Source: Sedimentisphaerales bacterium (GTDB lineage: Bacteria; Planctomycetota; Phycisphaerae; Sedimentisphaerales; SM23-30). Taken from it: a stretch of 64,000 bases of DNA. Below are positions 1 to 10,363 of this stretch, in pieces; within the stretch, counting starts at the first letter, position 1; the number at the start of each line of letters is the position of its first letter. The position numbers and the translations under genes are program-made. The notes beneath the pieces are model-generated. The model was not told where the DNA came from, did no database searches, and was given only the letters and a program-made list of their open reading frames with translations. Where the stretch lies: the NCBI GenBank assembly GCA_963663805.2, contig CAXXMR010000009.1, positions 64,001 to 128,000 on the forward strand, given 5' to 3'.

Positions 1-133
1 TTTATAACTCAACTCAAAAAAATCCGCTAAGGGACTGGCACGAAATAAGCACGGCAATTTAACTCGAACTCATTTCCGTTTTTTGGACGGATAGATTGTG
101 TAATTCCAATCACCATGGAATTTGTGTTTTTTC

Positions 134-954
134 GTAACACTTTAGCCAAGTGAAGCAGAGAACTCCGCGAGTTTTGGCAATTTGCCGGTTTTGATGTATG
201 TTCGCAGGGCTTTTTTGATGGTAGCAACCGGGTTTTAGGCCGCGTTGTTTCAGGGTAAAGAACACGCTCATCATGATGGCGTTTCAAACGCTTAATCAAC
301 CGCTGAGCTTCCTTGTTCGACCACTCATCGGTTACGATCGGCTCAACCGCCTTGCGACAGTTCGGACACCAGTCGCGATGAATAACATGCTTTACCGTCT
401 CAACGCGAACATCTTCCGGAATGTCTTCGATGACTCATTCACGTGTGCCGGAACATTTTTTCAGTTCGCCGCCGCAGTCCGGACAACATGAAGCGCGATG
501 TTCTTCGGTGCGGTCTATTTGGGTCGGCAGATTGCGGCGAGTACCTTGATGCCCTTTTTTACGGCCAAACTTTTTGCCGCGTTTTTTATCTGTTTTGTTC
601 GGCTTGACAAAAATCGGCTTCTGACCTGAGGGACACGAAGGATCAGCCGGACTGCCGGCAACTAACGTACCTTGTGTTTTTTCCACTGCCAGTTTCGACA
701 GTCTCAGCAAAACAAAAACCACCGCCTCTTCACCCTGAGCAAAAATAGCTTTGGCCTGTTCCGCAGTCAATTCCTGCTCTAAGGCCAGGTCGGCGATAGT
801 CTGTTCAGCATTCGGCTTCATCATGCCGATACTATAAACCATTACACACAATAGCGCAAATTGCCTATCTTGACATTTTGAAGTTTTTTTGTCTTTTTTT
901 TGCACAAGCCAACCCAAAAGCTATAGAATTTGCTTCACTTGGCTAAAATATTAC
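134..954 (-). mobile_element. Internally deleted, non-autonomous IS66-family element (copy of the element at 25613-27202)
   Basis: Both ~24-bp terminal IRs are present (GTAACACTTTAGCCAAGTGAAGCA at 134; TGCTTCACTTGGCTAAAATATTAC ending at 954). The sequence is near-identical to 25613-27202 except for two internal deletions and an in-frame TGA. The flanks show no TSD. Confidence 0.95.
142..825 (-). pseudogene. IS66 transposase remnant
   Basis: ORF fragments 435-917 and 27-299 match the N- and C-terminal parts of the transposase at 25743-27194; the DDE core is deleted. Confidence 0.9.
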
Positions 955-982
955 TAATTGTTATGAATATAGAGGAGTCGTC

Positions 983-3637
983 ATGGCCAAAAAGGAATTG
1001 ACACTGAAAGACAGGTTATCACGGTTGACGTTTACACAGGCCTGTAAGCTTCTGGGGGATAACGGTAATAAGCTGATTATGCAGGGCGGCAAGTTTCCAA
1101 TCGAGCCGCTTGAAGAGAATGTTTATCTGGGCGACGACCTGTTCCGCCTGTCGGTGGATGGGGCGGTGACGACGATTACGCTGATGGCCGAGGCCCGTAA
1201 CCGGCTGCATTTTAACTGCACGGCCTGCCAAGGCGTCTGCGAACACATCGGGGCGGCTTTTTCGCTAATCCTGGAGGAAAAGACGGCATTGGGGTTGGCC
1301 AAGCCTCCGGTCGAGCGTGTTCCGGCGGAGAGTTTAAGCGAAGCGGAACTGGTCGCACGTGCATTGGAAGACAGAACCGAACGGGCCAAGACCGAGCGGA
1401 TGAAAATCGAAAGCATCAATCCACGCATCCTGTGGACGGACTATATTGTCACCAACGCCTTGAGCGGCAAGAGCTACCGGATTGCGCTTCGTGGCTGGGA
1501 GCGGGGCCAGTCGTACTGCTCCTGTCCGGATTTTCGCAAGAACACACTGGGCACCTGCAAACATATCATGAAGGTTCAAAATAAAGTGCGACGACAGTTC
1601 ACCGCCGCGACCCGCAAACGCCCCTACACGCAAAAGGACTTTGCTGTCCATCTGGCTTATGGTCGAGATTTGCAATTGCGGCTGCTGATTCCGAAAGGTG
1701 TCAACGGCAAAGCAGCCAAGATCGTCAAACCGATTCGTGATCGCGCCATTAAAGACATGCCCGGTCTGCTGCAATGTGTGCAAAAACTCGAAGCAATGGG
1801 CCACAGCGTAACGATCTATCCTGACGCGCAGGAGCACATTGAGTTTGTCCTGCATCAGGAGCGTTTAAGCCGGCTGGCCGGACAAATTCGTAAAAATCCC
1901 GCTTCGCATCCTCTGCGCAAAACCCTGCTCAAGGCGGAATTGCTGCCATACCAGCTTGACGGCATTGCCTTTGCCGTCGGTGCGGGGCGAGTAATTTTGG
2001 CCGATGATATGGGGCTGGGCAAAACGATCCAGGGCATCGGCGCTGCCGAACTGCTGGCGCGGGAATCGGGGATTTCCAAGGTGCTGATTGTCTGCCCAAC
2101 ATCGCTTAAATCACAGTGGCGCAGTGAAATCCATCGTTTTTGTGAGCGTCCGTGCCAGTTGGTGCTGGGCAGTGCGAAGGAACGTGTCGCACAATATGAC
2201 AACGACCGCTTTTTTACGATCTGTAATTACGAACAGGTGATGCGGGACGCGACATCCATCGAGCAGATTCGCTGGGATTTGATTATTTTGGATGAAGGCC
2301 AGCGGATTAAAAACTGGGAGGCCAAGACCACGCAAATGATGAAATCGCTGCGGAGTCGCTTTGCGCTGGTGCTTTCGGGAACGCCATTGGAAAACCGGCT
2401 GGACGATCTGTTTTCGGTAGTGGAATTCGTTGATGACCGGCGGCTGGGGCCGTCATTCCGTTTTTTCAATACGCATCGCATTGTCGATGAGAAGGGCAAG
2501 CTGCTGGGGTACAAAAATCTGGATAAACTGCGTGAGAAACTATCCCCGATTCTGCTGCGCCGCACACGCGGCGAGGTGATGAAGCAATTGCCGCCGCGAA
2601 CGGATGAGATCGTACGCATTCCGCCGACCGATGAGCAGTTTGCGATCAATCGCGCGCAAAAGATGATTATTCAATCGATTATCAACAAGCCGTACTTTTC
2701 TGAAATGGACTTGCTGCGTCTTCAAAAAGCGTTGCTGTTGTGTCGGATGGCCGCCGACAGCACATTCCTGGTGGACAAAGAGCCGCCGGGCTATTCGACC
2801 AAATTAGAACGATTGACGGAGCTGCTGGAGACGCTGAACGCCGAGAAGGGTCGAAAGATTGTCCTGTTTTCAGAATGGACGACGATGCTCGATTTGATCG
2901 AACCGATTTTAAAGAAGTTAAAAATGGACTATGTGCGGTTGGATGGTTCAGTGCCGCAGAAGAAACGTGCCCAGCTTGTACATCAATTCCAGGACGACCC
3001 GAACTGTAAATTATTTATCACCACTAATGCAGGTTCGACCGGATTGAACCTGCAAGCGGCCAATACCGTCATTAACGTCGATCTGCCGTGGAATCCGGCC
3101 GTGCTGGAGCAGAGGATCGCCCGTGCGCATCGGATGGGACAGAAAAATCCCGTGCAGGTCTATATTCTGGTGACCGAGCAGACGATTGAAGAAGGGATGC
3201 TCGGTACGCTGGCGGCCAAAAAAGAGGTCGCGCTGGCGGCGCTGGACATCAACAGCAAGGTTAAAAATGTCGATATGGCCGGCGGCGCCGAGGCGATGAA
3301 GCGCCGGCTGGAAATTCTGCTGGGCCGGCCGGAAGACGCCCCGCTCGATGTCAGTGAGCTGGAGCGGCAAAAGCAGGCGGCCGAGGCCACCGCCCGCAAA
3401 GAAAAAGTCGCCATCGCGGCGGGTGAACTGTTTACCTCAGCATTCAAATTGTTAGGTGAAATCATCCCCCAGCAGCCGAACGAAGCGGCCATGGAACAGA
3501 AAATAGGTTCCATCCGAGCGCATTTGCAGGAATGCCTTGAAACCAATGAACAGGGACAAATTGAACTGAAACTGAAATTGCCGAATGCATCGGCACTGGA
3601 CAATATCGCCGCCGCATTGGCAAAACTGGTCGGATAG
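983..3637 (+). CDS. SWIM zinc-finger SNF2-family (SF2) helicase/ATPase
   Basis: CSCPDF...CKH SWIM motif plus a second C-x2-C-x3-C-x-H site. SNF2 motifs LADDMGLGKT, DEGQRIKN, LSGTPLEN, GLNLQ and QRIARAHR. RBS GAGGAG. Confidence 0.92.
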   Translation: MAKKELTLKDRLSRLTFTQACKLLGDNGNKLIMQGGKFPIEPLEENVYLGDDLFRLSVDGAVTTITLMAEARNRLHFNCTACQGVCEHIGAAFSLILEEKTALGLAKPPVERVPAESLSEAELVARALEDRTERAKTERMKIESINPRILWTDYIVTNALSGKSYRIALRGWERGQSYCSCPDFRKNTLGTCKHIMKVQNKVRRQFTAATRKRPYTQKDFAVHLAYGRDLQLRLLIPKGVNGKAAKIVKPIRDRAIKDMPGLLQCVQKLEAMGHSVTIYPDAQEHIEFVLHQERLSRLAGQIRKNPASHPLRKTLLKAELLPYQLDGIAFAVGAGRVILADDMGLGKTIQGIGAAELLARESGISKVLIVCPTSLKSQWRSEIHRFCERPCQLVLGSAKERVAQYDNDRFFTICNYEQVMRDATSIEQIRWDLIILDEGQRIKNWEAKTTQMMKSLRSRFALVLSGTPLENRLDDLFSVVEFVDDRRLGPSFRFFNTHRIVDEKGKLLGYKNLDKLREKLSPILLRRTRGEVMKQLPPRTDEIVRIPPTDEQFAINRAQKMIIQSIINKPYFSEMDLLRLQKALLLCRMAADSTFLVDKEPPGYSTKLERLTELLETLNAEKGRKIVLFSEWTTMLDLIEPILKKLKMDYVRLDGSVPQKKRAQLVHQFQDDPNCKLFITTNAGSTGLNLQAANTVINVDLPWNPAVLEQRIARAHRMGQKNPVQVYILVTEQTIEEGMLGTLAAKKEVALAALDINSKVKNVDMAGGAEAMKRRLEILLGRPEDAPLDVSELERQKQAAEATARKEKVAIAAGELFTSAFKLLGEIIPQQPNEAAMEQKIGSIRAHLQECLETNEQGQIELKLKLPNASALDNIAAALAKLVG

Positions 3638-3671
3638 AGTAACCGACCGATTTCTGTTACTTTGTAAAGAG

Positions 3672-5081
3672 ATGACGATGACCACAAAAAGCAGGCAAAA
3701 AGCAAATAAGACAAGTGTGATCGACGAAATCAGAGATATGATTGAAGGTGCCGTTGGCCTGGGACGATTTATTCGTCATTATGAAGAATCTGATTATATC
3801 GGCGGGTTAGAAGAGGTTCGGGAATACTTGAGAGGGATGTCCACTGATAAGCGTTTCCATTCCGCGGCCGCAGAGCTGTATGAATATTTTATCGCGTCTT
3901 GCTATGAAAAGATAGAGGAAGTCGAGACCGAAACCGAATTTCATTCCTTTGTCGAGTCTTTGTTTGCCGACTGGATACATGTTCGGCAACTCGCCGGCTG
4001 TAGTGCTGAGGAGACATTACAGTTATTATCAAATTGGGAGCAAGGTGACAGTTACTGTCTTTGCATTTCACCAGGCGAAGCGGCAAGAGCCATGGATCTC
4101 GCGAGCCGGAAAGTTTACAAAAAACACCTGCTCGAAAAGTTTGAACAGTCCTTTGTCAAAGAACCCCAAAAAGATTCTGTAGATTTTTCCCAGTTATCCT
4201 GGAATACCCGCAAAATCGCATCAGCCCTGAAAGATGTTTATTGCGTCACGAAAGACGCAAACGCTTATAGTAAGCTGTGTGATAAATTAGAGACCTCGCC
4301 GCGGGACTGCGAGAATATTGCGAACATTTTCAAAGAAAAACGAAACTATGACGCCGCTTTACAGTGGATCGAAAAGGGCATCACTCAGGGGCAACAACGC
4401 GACTGGCGCAACCAGTATTCATATGCATTAGAAGGAATGAAAATAGAAGTGCTGGCTAAAGTCGGACGGAAACAGGAATCCATGAGATTGATGTGGCAAC
4501 GGTTTCAAGATAATCCCTGTGATATATACTATAACGAGCTGATGAAATACGTCCCAAGCGGTCAGAAATCGTATTGGCGAAATAAAGCAATCAAAGCAGC
4601 GTGTGGTTCCACACTGGATGACGGGATTCTTCGGCTGCTTTTGGATTTGAACGAGTTCGGAAAACTGGCACAGTTAATCGTTAAATCGGATGAAACAATT
4701 CTGGAGAATCTCTTTTACTATGACGCCGTAAACGTTGCTGAAAAGCTGGAGGAAAAACACAGGAAAGCCGCGGCCAAACTTTATCTGGCCTTAACCATGA
4801 ATATTGTTAAAGCCGGTCGGAGCAAAGCATATCAATATGCGTTAAAGTATTGCGAAAAACTCAAAATTTTGTACGGGGAAACCAAACAGCAGAGGCATTG
4901 GGAGGAGTTGCTCGATTATTTACAGGGACAGCATGGCCGAAAATACAGCTTGATGGACGGCCTTGAAAAAGTGATTGAGGGCACCCATGGTCAAGAGCCA
5001 AACACGTTGCAAAAACGAGTCAACCAGAGGTTGAGCAAAATAAGGCAAAGGGAACCCCGCGGTAATAATAAAATCCCATGA
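3672..5081 (+). CDS. Hypothetical helical/TPR-like protein (resembles partners of SWIM/SNF2 genes, DUF6880-like)
   Basis: ~470-aa ORF 35 bp downstream of the SNF2 gene; charged, helix-rich sequence with C-terminal 'SKAYQYA...HGRKYSL'. The family assignment is from memory and tentative. Confidence 0.7.
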   Translation: MTMTTKSRQKANKTSVIDEIRDMIEGAVGLGRFIRHYEESDYIGGLEEVREYLRGMSTDKRFHSAAAELYEYFIASCYEKIEEVETETEFHSFVESLFADWIHVRQLAGCSAEETLQLLSNWEQGDSYCLCISPGEAARAMDLASRKVYKKHLLEKFEQSFVKEPQKDSVDFSQLSWNTRKIASALKDVYCVTKDANAYSKLCDKLETSPRDCENIANIFKEKRNYDAALQWIEKGITQGQQRDWRNQYSYALEGMKIEVLAKVGRKQESMRLMWQRFQDNPCDIYYNELMKYVPSGQKSYWRNKAIKAACGSTLDDGILRLLLDLNEFGKLAQLIVKSDETILENLFYYDAVNVAEKLEEKHRKAAAKLYLALTMNIVKAGRSKAYQYALKYCEKLKILYGETKQQRHWEELLDYLQGQHGRKYSLMDGLEKVIEGTHGQEPNTLQKRVNQRLSKIRQREPRGNNKIP

Positions 5082-5084
5082 AAG

Positions 5085-5291
5085 GTGATGCTCATGAAAT
5101 TTGATTTTAGCGATCTGGAAAAACTGGCCGCGAAAAAGGAAGATGAAAACTGGCGATTACGCGGCTTCCTGAAATTCTATGATGACATGACGGATGAGGA
5201 AATTGATTTGCTTGTTTTTAAGACAGCCGATGAAGTTAGCTCTGCCATTGACTGCATTTACCCTTTCATGTTTTACAATAGATACGTTTGA
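5085..5291 (+). pseudogene. Truncated YkgJ-family (CxxCxxCC cysteine-cluster) protein
   Basis: ENWRLRGFLK...EEID...IDC resembles the YkgJ-family N-terminus, but the similarity stops at the first Cys of the expected C-x2-C-x2-CC motif. Confidence 0.55.
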
Positions 5292-5356
5292 GTTTCACCA
5301 CAATCGTGTTTTAACAATTTGTTTAGTCCAACCTTTATTTTAGAAGGGAGGTTGCT

Positions 5357-8300
5357 ATGAAGTGTGCAATCATCCAAAAGCATGTGCTTGGTCTAGTTTT
5401 TGTCGTCTTTTCCTGTATCTGTTACGGAGCCAGTCCGGATTTGATTATTACCGATCTGTGGCTTGACGGCGATACCATCCACTACCAGATCCAAAATGTG
5501 GGGACGCTGGGATGTTCAGCTTCACATATGACCGGGCTGAAAGTAAACGGCCAGGGACATGACGGTGACTACATTCAGCAGTCGCTGGCGCCGGGGCAGC
5601 GACTGAACCGTGCGTTCAGTAAAACGGTTCCCTGTATAGGGCTGGTACAGACTCTTGAAGTCATCACCGATGCGCAAAACGCCATCAGCGAGCTCAACGA
5701 GAGCAACAATAGCCATTCTGAAAAACGGGTTTGTGACCAGGTTGCCCCGGTGATTACCGAAGGCCCGCAGGTGAGCGAAATGTCGCCGGGCGATTACAAG
5801 CTGACCTGGAAGACAGATGAAGACGCCGACAGTGCCGTGCTGTATGCGTCGAGCACGGGGGTGTTTATCGCGGTTTCCGACGGGACGCAAACCAAGGATC
5901 ACACGATTTGTCTCAACAACTTAGACGCTGCAGTGACGTACCGGTACAAGGTGCGCTCGACCGATCTGTCCGGCAACACCGTTGAAAGCGGCCTGTATTA
6001 TTTTACCACCAGTCCCCCCGCGGATACGAACAAGCCCCAGGCCTCGGCGCCCCACATGCTGAAAACCGACCAGCCGCTTTTTCCGCTTCGGTTTGATATG
6101 GATGCTGACGATGATATTGGCCTGGATCGGGCAGAGTTTTCGTTTGACGGTATGCATTTTATGACCGACTATGATCCTCCGTTTACCTGTTATGTACTGC
6201 CGGAGGAACTGGGCATTACCTATGCCAGTTATTTTGGTCTGGACCATGCCGTTATGGCCAAAGTGTACGATCTCAGCGACAACATGACCGCCGTCACAAC
6301 GGTCTGGGGCGAACTGCCGCGATGTCCGGAAATGGAGCTGGAAATCGAGCTGGGCACCTCCACCCGGATCTATACGCCCGATGCCAGTATTTCCAATTAC
6401 GAAGACGATTTCGAGATCACCGCCCGCAAAAACGCCGGCGTGACGATCCGGCCGGGATATGGACCGTTCCCGGATGTCACGGGGACCAATTGGGATGCGG
6501 TCGATGATGTCCGCGTCTATTTTGATGATGTGTATTGGGGACACATCACACCCGATCCGGAGCAAACCGACCTGACGTTCCCGTTCTGGATTTATTCGCT
6601 GGCGGCGCCCAGCGAGCATGAGATTAAGGTTGAAATTCAGTCGGGCGCGTGCATTATGATCCGCCGGGCCACAATGCGTGTGATCCGGCAGATCACGGAT
6701 GTACGTATCCAACGGTCGGTTAACCGTTCAGGAACGGGATTTGAAGTGGAGTTGACATTTTTCAACGACGGTAGCACTCCGGCGTATCTTGACTGGCTGT
6801 CGGAGGAAGCTGAAGGTTTCCAGATCACCTGCCCGATCAGCAGTCTGTATGAGGCGATCATCACATACAATCCCGCCTCGCGGCGGTCGGTCATCGAATA
6901 CGACTTTACCTGCAGTGTCGCCGGTGGCAGTAGCCGCACGTTCCGATATACAGCCATCCCTATCCTTTCCGAAAGCACCTCGGATTACCGGCTGGGTGAA
7001 AACAATGTGCTGCGGTATCATGACGCTTTTGATCGTGATTATGCGGCTCCTACGTTTCCAGCAGTCAGCCGGGTTGACGGGGAATTTATCGAGGATGCGG
7101 TGAACTCGGCTTGCCTTGCCAGTGACTACTTGATTGTCACCAATCCGGCGCTGTTGTTCGGCATTTATGAGTCGGCGGCGGTCAATCACCTGCTGGCTAA
7201 GACCGCCGAACTGGCCGCCGTTCGCAACGGGGTGCTGGGCTATTTCCTCGGTGCCGGATCGACACACACGACCTATCGCAGCAGCGACAAGATTGCCTGC
7301 GGGAATATCTTTTCGGATTGGCGGGACGAAATAATCCTGACGGATGAAAGCAAAGACCTGATTCGCATCTACAGCCCAAATTACGAACGAACTATTAATG
7401 ACGTTCTACCCATCCCACATGCCGGACTGCATGGTAACGATGTTCTACTGGTCGGCGATTTTTTCGATGAGACCGATCCGGTGAATCCGGAAGACGAGTT
7501 TGCTGTTGTTGACGGACACTCTTCCGGTAGCACCTTGGGCAATATCATTTTATATGATTTTCGGCCGAATGATGACGAGTTTGACCAGCATACCAATTCG
7601 ACCACCTATAATCCATCTGAGGGCGACCAAATCATTGCCGGCGATATGATCCATCATACTATAGTACCCGAGCGGGACGAGATCATTCTATTCAAAGGTA
7701 GCACCGGTCAGGTCCAGGCCTATTACGCCACGGGACCGATCCACCGCCAATGGGCCAGCGTCTATCAGCCCGGCGACATCGTGACCGCCGGCGACCTGAT
7801 CGCCTCTGTTGACGGCGATGAGATCGTCATCGGCGATGTGTCCGCCCAGCGCATCTACATTTACAGCGGAACCGGAACGATTCTGCATGACTATTCGCAA
7901 ACTATCGAATCGGCTGACACGCTGCAAGTCAGCCCAGAGGGCCTGGCCCTGGCGGACGCTTCGGCCAATAAGGTAATTATCCGGGGTGTTGACGGCGGAG
8001 CGGATTGGTACAGGGGCGAATTTGACGTCAACGTTCACCGGGATGATACGTTTTTGTACGGGCATGTAATCGAGCACGGGTCGCCGCAGTACTTGTTCGC
8101 CCGCGGTCGCCGGGATGACCACTTCACCGCAGGCGATATCGAAATTTTCCCGTACTCGGTACTGGCCTCAGATGTTGAATCGGGCGACCGGCAGCACCTG
8201 GATGCACTGCTCAATCCCGGCGGGGCCTGGGCGGAGAAAATGGGCGACAACTTCATTGACAGCGGCTACCTGCTGCTCGTCGGCGAAACGGAAATCATCC

Positions 8301-10363
8301 CTGCGTTTTCCTGTTCCTATTACCTGACCGGAAAGGGTCATAAATATATCGAGTTTACCGACAACTTTTACGGCAACACGTCCGGCGAATTAAAAAAACC
8401 TGAAATCTCCGTCGGCCGGATTATCGGCAATACCATCGAACATATGATGGTGCCCATTCAGACTAGTCTGGATGTCGCCAACGGCGATACCCAACTGAAC
8501 TTTGCCGAGGCATACTGTTTCAGCGGCGGCCCCGAAGAACGCCATGAGACTGGTCGGGGTGTTGTCGTCGATGCGCTGGAGGACAAGGGCTGGCATGTGG
8601 TGCGCCATGACGAACCCAGCGCGGACACCATTTTTTCCAATACCACGAATATTGATGCGTTATGCATGGTCGGTCACGGTAACTGGGATCATTGCTGGGA
8701 TGCCAACAGCTGGAATGTGGAGAGCCGATTCGATCCGGGCCTGACGGCGCCGATTGTCTATGCCGCTTCCTGCCTGACAGGTCGATATCCGGTGAACAGG
8801 AACACGCTCGGTGAACATTTTCTTGAAAAAGGGGCGTCGACCTATATCGGGGCCACGGAGATTTCTTACAGTCCCTATAACCGCTATTTGTCGGAAGGTT
8901 TCTTCAGCCGGCTGAATTTTGACTCGCCCATCGGGGCGGCACTGAAAGGCTCCAAACGCACCCGCATGGGCGACGGGGGTTACGGCAAGTACCAGTCGGC
9001 GATCTATCACTTCTACGGCGACCCCAAGCTGGAAGCGCCTTCTCCGTCGGCGATGCTCGCCGAAAAAACGGAGACCGCCGCAGCCGATGCCCGGCAGGAG
9101 GCCAGCCTCCTGCAAGGGCCGGTCAGCAGCGTACTGGTTTCGATCCCTGCTTTTGAGGTTCTGTCGACCGCCGCTGGAGATGTCGTGTCCATTCCCGGGG
9201 GGACGGTCCTGGCCGAACCCGGACATCCGGAAGTGCCGGCCTGGCCGGTAAAGATTGATTTCCCGGCCGGCTTCCGGGTTCAGCATGTAACACTGACCTC
9301 GACTGAATACCAATCGGGAACGGGCCTGTCGCTGATCGAGGTCCAGCCCGAGGCGGACGGCATGATTTACTCCGGGCCGATGCTGAGGGATCCGGACGGC
9401 TGGCCCGACCGCGAATATGACTGGACCGTCGACGACAACCCCGATGGCAGCACCACCTTGACCGTGTGGGTCTATCCGCTGCGGAGCTGGCCGGCAAGCA
9501 CCAATTATACGTACTTCAACACCTGCGCACTGCAGATCGACTATGTAACCAGTGAGGTGGTAATCAACCGCCTGCGGGCCGACGGCAAGACTGTTTCCAT
9601 CGGTGAGTCGGTGAACATCGAGTTGTTCTTCTACAATAATTCCCAAGCCCCAGCCACGCTGATCGCCGAAACCGAACTGGTTCAGCAGGGTGCCGAGGAT
9701 TCTACGATCGGCTTGCCGATCAAGCTGCTTCGAAACGCTCAGGGGCTTGCCTTATGCGGCTGGACCTGGGACACCGCCGCGGCGGCACCGGATACGTATG
9801 CGCTGAACGCCCGCCTGAAATCGACTACCGGACATGTGCTGGCCGAGGAGACGACTCTACTGCAGGTCGGCACGACGGACGGCGTGATGCAGGCAGTGAC
9901 GACGAGCCCGGCCTGCTTTGGCATCGGTGAAGATATCAAGATACACACCGGTTTCAGCAATACCGGCCAGGCACCGGTTAATCCACACCTCATTGTCGAG
10001 ATACAGACACAGGACGGTACGGTACTCGAACGGTTTGAAGACAGCGACACTGACTTGGCGGCCGGCAGCGAATACCTGACGCATTGGGAATGGACGCCGT
10101 CGGTGGCCCGCGGTCAGTGTCGGTTCAAGGCCTATACCTTGTACGACGGCAAGAGCACACCGGTGGTGTTCTACCCCCGGCTATCGCTCGTTGCCAATGG
10201 CGATTTCAACGAGGACGGGCACGTGAATCTGCAGGACTTTGCGGTGCTAGCTCAGGTCTGGCTGACCAATACGCCGTTGTGCGACATCGCCCCCGACGGC
10301 GGCGACTGTATTGTGGACCTGCTGGATCTCGATGTTATTGCCAATGGTTGGCTGAATGAATAG
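5357..10363 (+). CDS. Large secreted peptidase C25 (gingipain-like) multidomain protein: CARDB/FN3, C25 catalytic domain, propeptide-like domain, dockerin-like tail
   Basis: Signal peptide; CARDB 'PDLII..ELNESNN'; C25 motifs DYLIVT, YLLLVGE, VGRI, GHG(His), ASC(Cys) and YGDP; C-terminal 'GDFNEDGHVNLQDFAVLAQVWL'. Confidence 0.85.
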   Translation: MKCAIIQKHVLGLVFVVFSCICYGASPDLIITDLWLDGDTIHYQIQNVGTLGCSASHMTGLKVNGQGHDGDYIQQSLAPGQRLNRAFSKTVPCIGLVQTLEVITDAQNAISELNESNNSHSEKRVCDQVAPVITEGPQVSEMSPGDYKLTWKTDEDADSAVLYASSTGVFIAVSDGTQTKDHTICLNNLDAAVTYRYKVRSTDLSGNTVESGLYYFTTSPPADTNKPQASAPHMLKTDQPLFPLRFDMDADDDIGLDRAEFSFDGMHFMTDYDPPFTCYVLPEELGITYASYFGLDHAVMAKVYDLSDNMTAVTTVWGELPRCPEMELEIELGTSTRIYTPDASISNYEDDFEITARKNAGVTIRPGYGPFPDVTGTNWDAVDDVRVYFDDVYWGHITPDPEQTDLTFPFWIYSLAAPSEHEIKVEIQSGACIMIRRATMRVIRQITDVRIQRSVNRSGTGFEVELTFFNDGSTPAYLDWLSEEAEGFQITCPISSLYEAIITYNPASRRSVIEYDFTCSVAGGSSRTFRYTAIPILSESTSDYRLGENNVLRYHDAFDRDYAAPTFPAVSRVDGEFIEDAVNSACLASDYLIVTNPALLFGIYESAAVNHLLAKTAELAAVRNGVLGYFLGAGSTHTTYRSSDKIACGNIFSDWRDEIILTDESKDLIRIYSPNYERTINDVLPIPHAGLHGNDVLLVGDFFDETDPVNPEDEFAVVDGHSSGSTLGNIILYDFRPNDDEFDQHTNSTTYNPSEGDQIIAGDMIHHTIVPERDEIILFKGSTGQVQAYYATGPIHRQWASVYQPGDIVTAGDLIASVDGDEIVIGDVSAQRIYIYSGTGTILHDYSQTIESADTLQVSPEGLALADASANKVIIRGVDGGADWYRGEFDVNVHRDDTFLYGHVIEHGSPQYLFARGRRDDHFTAGDIEIFPYSVLASDVESGDRQHLDALLNPGGAWAEKMGDNFIDSGYLLLVGETEIIPAFSCSYYLTGKGHKYIEFTDNFYGNTSGELKKPEISVGRIIGNTIEHMMVPIQTSLDVANGDTQLNFAEAYCFSGGPEERHETGRGVVVDALEDKGWHVVRHDEPSADTIFSNTTNIDALCMVGHGNWDHCWDANSWNVESRFDPGLTAPIVYAASCLTGRYPVNRNTLGEHFLEKGASTYIGATEISYSPYNRYLSEGFFSRLNFDSPIGAALKGSKRTRMGDGGYGKYQSAIYHFYGDPKLEAPSPSAMLAEKTETAAADARQEASLLQGPVSSVLVSIPAFEVLSTAAGDVVSIPGGTVLAEPGHPEVPAWPVKIDFPAGFRVQHVTLTSTEYQSGTGLSLIEVQPEADGMIYSGPMLRDPDGWPDREYDWTVDDNPDGSTTLTVWVYPLRSWPASTNYTYFNTCALQIDYVTSEVVINRLRADGKTVSIGESVNIELFFYNNSQAPATLIAETELVQQGAEDSTIGLPIKLLRNAQGLALCGWTWDTAAAAPDTYALNARLKSTTGHVLAEETTLLQVGTTDGVMQAVTTSPACFGIGEDIKIHTGFSNTGQAPVNPHLIVEIQTQDGTVLERFEDSDTDLAAGSEYLTHWEWTPSVARGQCRFKAYTLYDGKSTPVVFYPRLSLVANGDFNEDGHVNLQDFAVLAQVWLTNTPLCDIAPDGGDCIVDLLDLDVIANGWLNE

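Noticed and set aside
36..51. Sigma-54 promoter-like TGGCACGAAATAAGCA
   Set aside because: The GG-N10-GC spacing is right, but the -12 element lacks TTGC and there is no supporting context.
8660..9646. Long antisense ORFs (also 14314-15174, 57595-58440, 60704-61582)
   Set aside because: Shadow frames of well-supported genes on the opposite strand.
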